Source: Dipteris shenzhenensis
Taxonomy: Eukaryota
Assembly (NCBI GenBank): GCA_047967505.1
Contig: CM106538.1
DNA length: 64,000 nucleotides
Reading direction: 5' to 3' (one strand)
The number at the start of each line of letters is the position of its first letter. Position 1 is the first letter of the stretch. Shown in pieces: positions 1 through 11,551 of the stretch. The position numbers and the translations under genes were made by a program. Under the pieces are notes generated by a model. The model was given only the letters and a program-made list of their open reading frames with translations, ran no database searches and was not told the origin of the DNA.

Positions 1-808
1 GCATCCCTTGAGCATTGCCCACGTTCAAAAAGACTATTTTTAAAGGTCAAGTCACCAGGACACGTGGAGCCTTCAGGTACATCAAACATCGAACAGTCCC
101 TGTGTTCCGTTTGTTTCTCGACGGACTGAACATCTGTGACAACAACAGAGCCAATAAAATGAGGTGGGTATCAAAAATTGCAAAGCCAAATAGCAGCGCT
201 GGAAGAGTGACGCCTAAAACTACCTTCTGCACTCGTTTTGATAGCAACATCCTGTTTCTTCCATTTCCTCCTCAACTTCTGTTCAAACTCTACAGTAGAA
301 CCAGAAATAGAATCACGAACCACGCCACAAGGATGCAAGAAGTTCTTAGATACGTCAAACATGGACCAGTCACCCTCTTCTGTTTGTTTGTGCACTGGCT
401 GAACGTCTGCAACCACAACAGAGTGCTGATAATAAATTTTGGTGTGAGCAATTGCAAAAGCGAATATGAGAGATGTAGGATTGACGGCTGTCAGTACCGT
501 TTGGAATCGTCTTCATAGCAACAACGTTCTCTGGTTTCCTTCCAAATTTGTGCTCCAACTCTGCAGTAGCAAAACGGCAAGTTGCATCACCAACACTGAA
601 ACAAGCTTGTCTGAAGAAGGAAGTGGAAAATTGCATCACCAACACTAGAGCAAATGAGTATGCAGCAGGAAGTTTAAGCAAAAATGGAGTAATAAGAAGA
701 AGGAAATGCAACCTCATTGGAAAGTACTCCTAGAGTCCATGGAATACCTAGAGGCAGGGTGCGAAGGCATGTTGCTGAAGGGAGAATATGATGCACATGC
801 GAGAGGCA

Positions 809-1166
809 TGTTATGTCAGCCATAATCACGGGATTGTCTGGTGTGGATATGGTGAAGCGGGAAACCAGAGGGCTTAACAGTGCAACGGTTGACACGCGAG
901 TTAATGCCTAGGCAAAATAGGCCTAGCATTATAGAAGGATGCCAAGAGGGGTCAAAAGAGTAAGGTCCTTTGAAAGGACACTTGGCATAAAAGGGGTCCA
1001 CATGGCATGCGCTGGGTTCAGGGGGGATTCTAGAGACAAGCTCCACAATAGGAACGAAGGAGAAGGAACTGAGCAGAGAGTTCATGGACAATAGGAAAGA
1101 GGAGCACTCTACAAATCGTGGCTGGGAGGAATGAGCAAAAAGCCCTCTTATTCTGTAGATGTATCA
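809..1166 (+). repeat. 5' LTR of Ty3 element 1
   Basis: Direct repeat of 5778-6116; begins TGTTA, ends GTATCA, followed by the PBS. Confidence 0.93.
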
Positions 1167-3585
1167 TTGGTATCAGAGCTAGAGTTTGATGATTTGTGCA
1201 ACGCGGGCTGTTATAAATTGACAAAGGTGGAGGTGGTGACTTGAGAGACCACGCACGGCACAAATCCCATTGCCAATCCTTCAATCTACTGCCTTGAGCG
1301 ATGGCGCAGAGTTCATGAATGAAGCAGAAGGATTTGAATGTTACCTTGAGGCTTGGCAGATACGGATTCGTAGAATTGAAGAGTCATGCGACCTATACAG
1401 TAACAATTCAATGGTGCAACAGCAGCCCGAGACGATGGGCTTTGGAGAACCGTGCGCACTATGCACTGTCATCTAGTACTAGTAGGCCACTAGTGCTAGC
1501 CTACTGTTAAACATAGTTGCGCATGGGGCTACAGGAGCACTGCGAGCCTACGAGTCTGAAGATTTCCAACTTCCAAGGCTACCGTGCGGCCATCGTCATG
1601 AGAGCAAGAGCTACAAGACTGGTAGGAATTCAAAGCAGAGGAAGCTGAAATTGCTTGAACGAGCCTGCAAATGGGAGCGCAAACAAATCATCGCCCAATT
1701 CGTCTATTCGTTAACCTGCACGCTACACACACACAGAGTTCTAAGCTTTGTTAAAGTCACGTAATCTAAGGTTTTCAAAACCTTAGAAAAAGCCAACTCA
1801 ACACCTTTCTCTACCCCTCTTCTTCCTAAGGCTTTAAAACCCCTTTTTACCCCCTTGTTCCTCCCGATCTTCCTAACCTCACCATTTTCAAAGAAGAAGA
1901 TTGGAGATCATTTTGAGGAGTTCAAAATGTAAAAGAAGAGGAAACTAAAAGTGGGATTTGAGAGTTTGAGATTGTGAATTAAAAGCATGAGAGGACGCAT
2001 CGACTTCAAAAACAAATCCAACACCTTGAACAAATACCAGGGAAGTGAGCAAAACATTTTTCTCTCTGACATAAAGCATTTCGCTTTATAATTTTTGGAA
2101 AATACATATCTTGAAAATAACAACTCTAGAAAGGGCTGATACGATTAGGGAGACTGAGGAAAGGGCGAGAAAGGGAAAATCAATAGTTGGAGACGAAATA
2201 CATGAGGAGGTACAAACTAAAAATCAAGAGGATAACGTGGAAATGGAGGACATAAACTACAGTGATTATGGAATTCCGTATACGAAATTCACTAAACTTG
2301 AAACTCGAAAGCAAAATATAGAGACACAGCTATGAGTTATCAATGATACATTGAAAACCCTAGTCGAAGCTATAACTAAGATAGTCGATTCTCAATCGGT
2401 ATCTATTATCTATTACTGAAAAATCACCGATTCCTCCTAATCAAGTTGAGAGGTCCACCTCTCGACTTAGAGAAACCTCGAACATCCTTAAGGACTTAAA
2501 ACTGCCAATTTTCAATGGGGAAGAAAAGGAGCATAATAAAGATGCGGTTTATACGTTCTTGCAAAAGTGGCAAACTTCCACTGACTCAAGAATACACCTC
2601 CTGAAAATCAAGTTGTGGAAGCAAGTCTTTCCTGGAACTAAAGCCTATAAATGGTGGATGAGCCTCAGGGAGAGAAATAATTCCTAGGTATTAGACTGAG
2701 CCTTCCTAAAAGAGTTTTTACCAAAAAATGAATTAGAAAGAGCATGGGAGGCTTGGGACAATTCCACTATGAGTAAAAACACTCTAGTCCAATACATAGT
2801 AAACTATAGGGAGGCAGTCCTTAAGTTAAAAGGAATTGATAAATTCCAAAAAATAAGCGTTTTGTGAGAGGTCTTAAAGATACTTATAAGGTTGAGGTGA
2901 AAAGAAATTCTCCTAAAACCTTTGAGGAAGCCATTAAGTATGCCTGAATATTTGATGATATGATGGGGAAATTCAGAGTTGGAACTTCAGAGCAAACAGG
3001 TTTTGTTCCAAAGTTCAATAAATTTTCCAATTTGAAAATGAAGGGGCACTTTAAGAAGGAGGTTCCTCAGGCACCACCTAAGAAACCTCAAACACAAAAT
3101 TATCCTCTCTTGAAGAAAGAAGATTATGAAAGAGCCAAGCAAGAAAATTTTTGCTTCAAATATTTGGGTAAAGACCATGCTACTTGGAATTGCCCTAAAA
3201 ACAAACCAACAGGAGCTAAAGCCCCAAATAGATCTCCACAAAGATAAGTACATGTGGTGCAAGTGTTGCCACTTAATGGTACTAAAAAGTACACTGAGGT
3301 AGAGGTCTATCATGAGGATAGCACCCACATGTGTTGTCTATCATCATAATGTGGCAGCCCACCTTTGATCCTCATGATTTAATGAGGATGCATGGAAAAA
3401 TTAAGGGGTGAAGAGTAAGAGTGATGGCTCATGATAGTGTAACACATAATTTCTTCAACTACTCGTAAGTTAAGAAATTAAAATTGCCTGAGAGTCCTAG
3501 TGCCCATAAATATGTGGTCTCTTTGGAAAAGGGTAGTGATAAAAAAGTTTGGGACACCATAATACATGGTGTAGAGGTGTTCCGA

Positions 3586-5755
3586 TGATGGACCAGCTTA
3601 AAGGGAAGGGAAGCACCTTCATATGGGATGAACCTCAAAAGAGAAGTTTTGGAAAATTAAAGGTATCTATAGCAGCAGCTCCTGTCTTAAAAGTAGTGGA
3701 TCCTAATGAACCATTCGTGGTTGAGACAGATGCTAGTGATTTTGATGTTGGGGCGGTACTTACACAAAAAGGTCAACCAGTGGCTTTTGAAAGCAAAAAG
3801 TTAGATCATGCCCAATGGAAATACTCGGCATATGAGAAGGAACTATATGCTATAGTCTATGCTTTTAAAAAGTGGAGGCACTACTTATATGGTGCAAAAT
3901 TTAAGATCATCTTTGATTAGGAGAGCATCAAGTGGATTTGTTATAAGCCAGAGGAGAGCCAAAGCTTAAAGGTAGAAAAGCTAGATGGGCTGAGTTAATG
4001 CAAGAGTTTGATATACAACTGACATATAGGAAAGGGAAGTTCAATGTGGTAGCAGACTCTCTTAGCTGAATGCCAATTGTTAATGAATTGAGTTTTACTC
4101 AATTTTAGAATGATTTCCTAGGAAGAGTGAGTCATATAAAGAGGTGGGCTCATGTCCATGTGTTCCAATAATATAAGAGAGATCACATGCCAAGCATGTG
4201 GAAGGCATGTGGAGGAGTGGGGAGTCAAGAGAAATCCTTCTAGAATTCCTATTATATGTGGAATTCCTTAAAGTAAAAATGTGTGCTTGATCCTCACTTC
4301 TCTAAAATATGGAAAGCAATTAAAAGTAGGGATCCAACTAATCAAGAGGCTTTCACTAAGGAGTCGCATGGAAATGGCAACACATTACAGGTTGGTGATA
4401 AAGGACTCCAGTGGAAAAAATATATTATTGAAGATGGCTAGGTCTTCTCTACAAGGGTAGAATATGTGTCCCGGATGATAATGACATTAGGCACCAAATC
4501 CTTTTTGAATGTCATGATAGTCCGAGTATTGGACACCCAGGAATTTAGAAGACATATGTGCTTCTGAAAAGACAATTCTTTTCGCCTAGAATAGGTAAGG
4601 ATGTCCAAGATTATGTATTGAAGTGCCAAAAATGCCAGATCAATAAGGCTGAGCACCTTAAGGTAGGAGGTCTCCTACACCCATTGGAGATTCCATCTGG
4701 CAAATGGGAAAGCATCTCCATGGATTTCATTCTGGGGTTACCTAGGACACAGAGGGGGCACAACTCTGTGTGGGTAATTGTGGATCGGTTGACCAAGATG
4801 GATCACTTTATTCCTGTTAGCGAAGATGTTAAAACTCAAGAATTAGCTAGGCTATTCATGAAGCATATCTATAGACTATATGGGCTACTAGCCCGTATTG
4901 TTAGCAATCAGGATAGCAAATTTAACAACCATTTTTGGAGGGCTGTGTTTAAGAGGTTGGAAACTTCATTGAATATGAGCATCCACAGAGTGATGGTCAA
5001 ACTAAAAGGGTCAATCATATCATTGAGGATGTGCTTCGAGCATATGTAAGTAAATGGCAAACTAATTGGGAACAGTATCTGCCCATATTAGAATTTGCAT
5101 ATAATAGTGCCAAACATTCATGTACAAGTTTTAGTCCATTCATGCTGATGTATGGATTTCAACCAAGAGCCCCAATGACAGTGGGACTCAAAAAAGAGAA
5201 AGTTCAAGCAGCCAAAGACTTTCTTGAAGATATGAATCGAACGCTTAAGTCAGCTAAAGATAGCATAAGAAGAGCTCAAGATAGAGCACGGACTTATGTA
5301 AACCCCTACCATAGAAAGTTGGAGTTTGAAGTAAATGAGAAAGTCTACCTTAAGGTACCTGAATCTTGAGAATCTCTAAAGACAGGTAAATGTACGAAGT
5401 TGTCTCCTAGGTAGAGTGGACCATTCACAATACTTAAGAGGATTGGAGAACTTGCTTACAAATTAGTCTTACCTGAGGAATGTAAAGTACATCCAGTTTT
5501 TCATGTTAGTAGGCTAAAAAGAAAATTAGGAGGATAATAATCTCATTGGAAATGAAGTCCTAGCTGAACTCGTTGAGCCCGCATCTTTACCACATGAACC
5601 AGAATGAATTTTAGATAGACAAGAAAAAAGAACACGACATACTATATGGCAAGAATGTCTAATTAAGTGGAAAGATAGATCTGAAGAGAGTTCAACTTGG
5701 GAAAGGGTAAGTAGTCTCCAGAGGAGGTTTCCCAATTTTTTTTTCGAGGACATAA
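3586..5755 (+). pseudogene. Ty3 pol remnant: RNase H-integrase-chromodomain
   Basis: ORFs 3549-3920, 4558-5049 and 5031-5369, plus stop/frameshift-broken GPF and chromodomain segments. Confidence 0.9.
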
Positions 5756-5777
5756 ACCATTCTTAAGGGGAAGGGAA

Positions 5778-6116
5778 TGTTACATGAACCATAATCCCTA
5801 GATTGTTTGGTGTGGATATGGTGAAGCAAGAAACCAGAGGGCTTGACAGAGCAAGTGTGGACACGCGAGTTAATGCCTAGGGAAAACAGGCCTAGCATTA
5901 TAGAAGGATGCCAAGAGGGGTCAAAAGAATAAGGTCCTTTGAAAGAACACTCATGGCATGCAGAGGGTTCAGGGAGATTCTCGAGAGAGGCTCCACAATA
6001 AGAAGGAAGGAGAAGGAACTGAGCAAAGAGTTCACAGACAATAGGAAAGAGGAGCACTCTACGAATCATGGCTGGGAGGAATGAGCAGAAAGCCCTCTTA
6101 TTCTGTTGATGTATCA
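5778..6116 (+). repeat. 3' LTR of Ty3 element 1
   Basis: Follows the PPT; direct repeat of 809-1166. Confidence 0.93.
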
Positions 6117-7261
6117 AGGTAGGTGAAGCAAGAGTAGCTCAATGAAAGACAGCTAAACAAAGACCTGGAATTGACGTCTCCTCTTATAAGCCATCGTAAT
6201 CGACGTATGGAAGCTGGCTGGCAACTCGGAGCAATGCGAAGAGGCACGAACAGGCGGCAACACAGCTGCATGCGGCAAGAGAGGTGTGTGATCTCTGTTG
6301 GGACTCACCGAGAACATAGCAAGCCAGAACAAGCAAACACCTTCGTCTACAAGCACTTTGGCGAAGGTGAACGCACGGCAGGAGAACCAACCGGTTGGGA
6401 CGTGCCAGCAATTATGGCCCTTGGCATGGCGGTGAACGACCTTTGTGGGACTCCAGGGGCTGCAGAGAAATGCCAATAGATACAAGAGCTACGTCGCTAA
6501 GGGTGGATTCATATTACATCGATGGCAAGCAGGGCGATGTTTTGGAAACGCAGGCTGCGAATTTCTTGGACGGTGCCCTCACTCTTGGAGAATGTGAGAC
6601 CATGCCTTGTGAATCAGACACTGCATAGAGCATGCCTCGCTACACCAGCAGCAAGCCGCTCCAGGAGGGAAGGCAAAAGAGTTTGAGGAATATTTTTTTG
6701 TGCAGGGATTTTCGGGCGGTGCAAAGCCCAGACCAGAAGAACTCGTGAGCCACCGTGCATGCAATTGCAAAGCAAACGAATCAAAGAAAGGGCGGTACAT
6801 GAATTCTCTGGTGAAGCTTGTCTGGGCAATGCAGGTTGGTGCGAGTGGTGGTTGCCTCCACAGTTGACGGTAGCATATCACCATAAGAATTCATGTCGAG
6901 CCACCTCTAACACTTCAGAAGATGGCTCCCCGGTATCCTTGACGTCTCGTCTGGTGATCTGTGCTTGTGATGAGGAAATTGAGGCATTTACACCTGGACC
7001 ATAAATAAACATTTTTAGCTTCTCCAAATCGTACTGGTCACTATACCCTACCCCCCCCCCAAAGGGCAGGCCAAAAAATCCAAATGCTACTTTCAACAAG
7101 TTGAAAGACATTTAAGTGGCCTGCCTTGAAATAGAAAGAAGAAAAAAAGGAGAAAAAGGTGGAGATCACATGCCCACAACCAATCGCAAAAAAACCTCAA
7201 CGAAAAAAACAAAGTGAATTATATTCACTAGGCCTACCCTCATCCTTTAATATAATATTTT

Positions 7262-9260
7262 TTAAAGTGTTGTGAAAACAATTGAGTGATCAGACCAATA
7301 GTCGAAGTTTGTCCCAGGGATAAGATTTTGTCTGTTGTTATTTATCCAAATATGGTATAGAGTGGATCCATATACAGTTGTCGGTGAACTTATTAATTGA
7401 GTCATATCTATTTGATAAATGAATTATTTTAGCAATTTTAGATGCCTTGTTTGCTTTTGGAAGTCAATGTTGATCCCACGATATAACTTATTGTGTTTGT
7501 ATTTTGTATGTTATATAATTCTTACAAGCATTGAAGAAGCTTTTCTAGTTGTGTTTTTGGGTGTTTGTAGACATTAAATATTCGAATTGTGTTGGTTTTT
7601 ATTGTTTCAAAAATTGTTAGGCACTCAGGTCCATCTTTTATTTTGTAATGATTTTCTTTTAGTTGCATTTCTTTTTTGTCGTATGTTGCTATTCCATATC
7701 CATCTGCCCTATAAATATTTAGAAACCCTTGTAGTTGTAGTATATTGTTGTTCGTTGTATGTGTTTCTTGAAAGCATATTATGTTTGCTACCGAGAGGCT
7801 ATTGGTTGTTAATATATTTTGCTTATGAATTGCAAACGATGTTGTGTTTAGTGATTAGATATTGATTTTGTTATTCTCAAATGTTTTCCAATCTATTTGT
7901 TGAAATCGCTATGCTAATTCTTTTTGTAGTCTTTCTATTTCTTGTAGTACATGTGTGTCGACTTTGATGTGTTTTGCTTCAATTTTGTATAAGTTACTTG
8001 GTCTCGTATTCTCGATAGTGCGGTATATACTAAAACATGCATTTGTATATTCATTGGGTCAAATGCGAGACAATCCAATGATAGGCCTTGTGATCGATGA
8101 ATTGTTCTACCAGACGCTGGTTGGATTGGAAATTGTGTTCTTATCATAGTGTTTAATTGGTTTTTTCCCATTTGAAATTCTCTTTGTATTTGTGTGATTG
8201 GTGTCCATGTCGATGGTGTGTTTTTGTCATAAACGTCTTTTTGTTGTAGTGTGTTCTTTTTTCTATTTTTTGGTCTCTAAAGAGTATCCAGACAAAAGGC
8301 TTGGTTTTTGTGTTACTATATCCCATGAATAATCCATTTGCTCCATTTACTAGTCCTTCCAGTATAGAGATTGAATTGTCATGTTTGGGCTGCGTAATTG
8401 TTTTAGGCATTTGATTAGTGGATCCCACAGCCTTTCAGCTGTGCTGATATCGTTATGAAAAATGTGGGTGCGCCGAATTGACCTATCATTGCAAAGAGGT
8501 TTTTCTTTAATTTGTTTTTGTAGTCCATCAAAGTTCGCAAGCACACAAAGTCTTTGTATCCAATGTTTGATGGTAACATCTTCTCAATGTTTGTGTTGAC
8601 AATTGCATCTTTAACACATAGATTTCCTTCCTTTTAGCTCTTCTTTATGCATCCTTACCCATGTGGAGGACAATACTTGTTTTGTCATTATTTTCATTAC
8701 TTTAAAGAACAAGTTCTCGATTGATAGTGTGAATCTTCGGTCCTTATTTTTTAATTCCCACTGTACAATACTCTAATATGATGTAGTTGTTGGGATTTTC
8801 TATGTTGTAGGGTATCCATAAAACATATTAAGGAAAGCAAGCTCCTCACTATACTTGTCTTTGAATAAGCCTAGTGGTGAGAAGCCCTCAGAAGGTGCAA
8901 CATTAATCATTTTGTCTTCAAAATTGATTACTTGTTGGCTGGTGTATATTCCATACACCAAGTGTCTATCTCTAGGTCAACCTTTGTTTCATTGGAAATG
9001 TGTTGGGTGATGTGATTGTTGCTTATTTTATAGCTCAATGGTGTAGTGCAACCAAGCTGAGTTTAGCTTTATGTCATTTTCTCATACAACGATGACTGTA
9101 ATAGCTCCTTCAATGCACGCATTGTTAAGGCTGGGCATACAAGGCCACATAGATAGCTGTGGTTGTACTCTAACTTCTGCGTTAAGTACACCATTACTAT
9201 TGCACTATCATCAATAAAACGAGGCAGTATTGTTTGTGCCCTATCTACATCTTTGCAGGG
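7262..9260 (-). pseudogene. Helentron/Helitron2-type RepHel-endonuclease ORF remnant (DUF6570, Rep N-terminal region, PIF1 C-terminus, APE endonuclease)
   Basis: Manual minus-strand translation gives, in order: DVDRAQTILPRFIDDSAIVMVYLTQKLEYNHSYLCGLVCPALTMRALKEL (~9250-9090); NVAPSEGFSPLGLFKDKYSEELAF, WELKNKDRRF, IENLFFK, KKNLFAMIGQFGAPTFFIT (~8905-8450); GLVNGANG, RTQFPIQPASGRTIHRSQGLSL, YTALSRIR (~8360-8005); SLNTTSFAIHKQNI..ANIICFQETH, YIVG-x-NID, QLISSPTTVYGSTLYHIW, YWSDHSIVF, then TAA at 7264-7262. Many stops and frameshifts. Confidence 0.85.
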
Positions 9261-10520
9261 ACATGCAAATATGTCGACCAGCACTAGCAGATCAAAACGT
9301 ATGTCAACACCTATATGTCCATCACCTCCACCGTTGAAGCATCCAAGAAACATTCAAATGCGTCGACCACCACTGGTGCATCAAACCATCTATGGACACC
9401 TGCAATCGGACAGGCACGAAAGAACCACAACAATGCATATGCTCTTGCAGTCATTAGCTCAAGGGTGTCTCCCTTACATGAGGCGCTGCAAAGAACCACT
9501 GCCATGCATAAGCTTCCATGGTCATCGGCTCCTGGGTGTCTCCTCTTGATGATGAAAAGCTCTACAATCCATGTTTCAAGATATCTCATGGCTTTCAAAG
9601 GCTGCATGTATGCAGCTTGGTGCCCAATTGGCCAAGAAGAAAGAAGAGAGAAAGAACAACACATGGCAACGCATAACCAAAAAGCACATGATAGCTCCAC
9701 TCCAGTAGGCAGGCCAAAAAAGAAACTTCAATTCAAGAAACTTCAATTCCTTGGATCCATGCCAATCGAAAACCTATCGAATATTTCCACCTAGCCAACC
9801 CCAAAGAGAAATTTATCATCTCTACCAAAACCAAGCCTTCACTAAAGCCTTTCCCTCGGGCAGGCCAAAAAGAACTATTTTTAGCCTTCTTAAGACAAAC
9901 TAGTTACTATACCCTACCCCCCTTGGAGCATCTTTCTCAAGACAAACTGGTCACTATACCCTACCTTACCCCCTTGGGGCACGTTGAAAACACTTATTTC
10001 CAACTAGCTTTGTGCTAAGTAACCTTTTCGTCGTGGAGCACGTAACTACAAACTCGAACTTGAACTTGAATCCTAGTATTTTAGCACACTTTTAAAGGCT
10101 TTTGCAAATTTGGAATGATTGATTTTTAATGCAAGAAAACCTCTAGCCCTTAGATCTATCCAAGATCAAGGGCCTATAATTGTACACGTGGCTCAAGGAG
10201 AGCTCAAAAAACACTATCGTAACTAGAACATCCAATTAGACCTTCCCTTGAGGGCAAGCCAATAAGCTTTGTCCATCTCTCAAGGACCCTCTTCTCATCA
10301 CACCTTTACTCTGCACACATGCGCAATTAGCCATGACTCTGTGGCATGTTTGTTGACATAGCTCCAAAAAGAAGTATGTGCCCCCAAATCTCGAAACGGA
10401 TTCTACAAAGATATGCCTCATGAAGCATACCTAACTACACATGCTGTCTGTTTGGAGCCTAGTCAATGCCTTACATCAATGGATCATCCCAATTCCCATC
10501 GAGCAACCTAGTAGAATTCT

Positions 10521-10631
10521 TTTTTTTCCTTTTGCAAAGAAAGGAAAATTTTATTAATGCGTGAAAAAACCCCATACAAATCAGTTGCCAAAAATTCTCA
10601 AGTAGAAAACTACTAGGTTTTTCTTGTATTT
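10521..10631 (-). mobile_element. Short 5'-truncated non-LTR-type insertion
   Basis: Flanked by a 15-bp direct repeat ACCTAGTAGAATTCT (10506-10520, 10632-10646); AATAAA then an A-rich tail on the minus strand. Confidence 0.6.
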
Positions 10632-11551
10632 ACCTAGTAGAATTCTACTTGAGCATGTGCCCTAACACGGCCAGATTCTAGCATACTTTAGGCAAGCATG
10701 TGCCCCTAATTTTGATACCTTTCAGCGCACAAATTTTGAAGAAAAAATCAAACACATCTGCACATGTGCCTCACTGACCTGAGTGTCTAGTGAAACATCA
10801 CATAGTCGAAGGCTCTCCTCTAATTACCAATGGTTACTTGAGTCTTTGGCCATGTTGAGGCACCTACTTAAGTTAATGATCAATGGCTCTCCTCTCATAT
10901 TTTCTCCCTATTGGCACATGCCTATTCTATCCACATTTCGTAAAAATGACCATTTGACCATGCAATCAAGTGTAGTCACATTGTGGACACATAGTGAGGA
11001 GCGTGTTGGTGAGCATTGGATCATCAACAACAATTAACACATAAAAGGAAAGATTTGGCACTCATTGTCTGTGATATCCACTTTAGCAGTACAATACATA
11101 TGTCTTTTATCTCATTCGCTCCACATGGCATGGCCATGGACTAATACACCATCCAACATGTTGCATAATGCAACCCTACCAGCATGCTTTTTTATAGGAC
11201 ACATGACTAATTGTTTTGAGGTTCATGTTAGAATAGCATTATGTTGAAGGTATGTGTGGATAGAGTCACTAACACATGGGCATGGGGACCTAGCCCCAAG
11301 AATCACTTGTATATGAATGTTTTGGTTTCCTAATAGATGTACATTTGTAGACCTATGTGCTCATGTGCTTTTCATGTTGTGTCACCTACAATGTTTTTGT
11401 CTCTCTCTCAAATTTCTAAACTTGCTCAAAGAAGTTGCCACTAAGCAATCATTTTCACATAATGAGGTAATAGTTATCTCAGTGATTTGGTGTTTAATCA
11501 AATAGCAATCATTTCAAAAGTGCCCTCATGCTATGGTACGCCTCATCAATT

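Larger units (their letters stand above)
809..6116 (+). mobile_element. Ty3/gypsy chromovirus LTR retrotransposon, decayed, RT domain deleted
   Basis: LTRs 809-1166 and 5778-6116 (TG..CA, roughly 10% divergent by eye plus an ~18-nt indel). TSD AGGCA (804-808)/AGGTA (6117-6121). PBS TGGTATCAGAGC 1168-1179; PPT AAGGGGAAGGGAA 5765-5777. Remnants of gag zinc knuckle (CFKYLGKDHATWNCP), protease, RNase H (VETDASDFDVGAVL, AYEKELYAIV), integrase (WESISMDFILGLP, DRLTKM) and chromodomain (CLIKWKDRSEESSTWE). Confidence 0.95.

Noticed and set aside
7935-8428. Host PIF1 helicase gene
   Set aside because: Intronless and decayed, and collinear with Rep-type and APE endonuclease remnants, so it is transposon-derived
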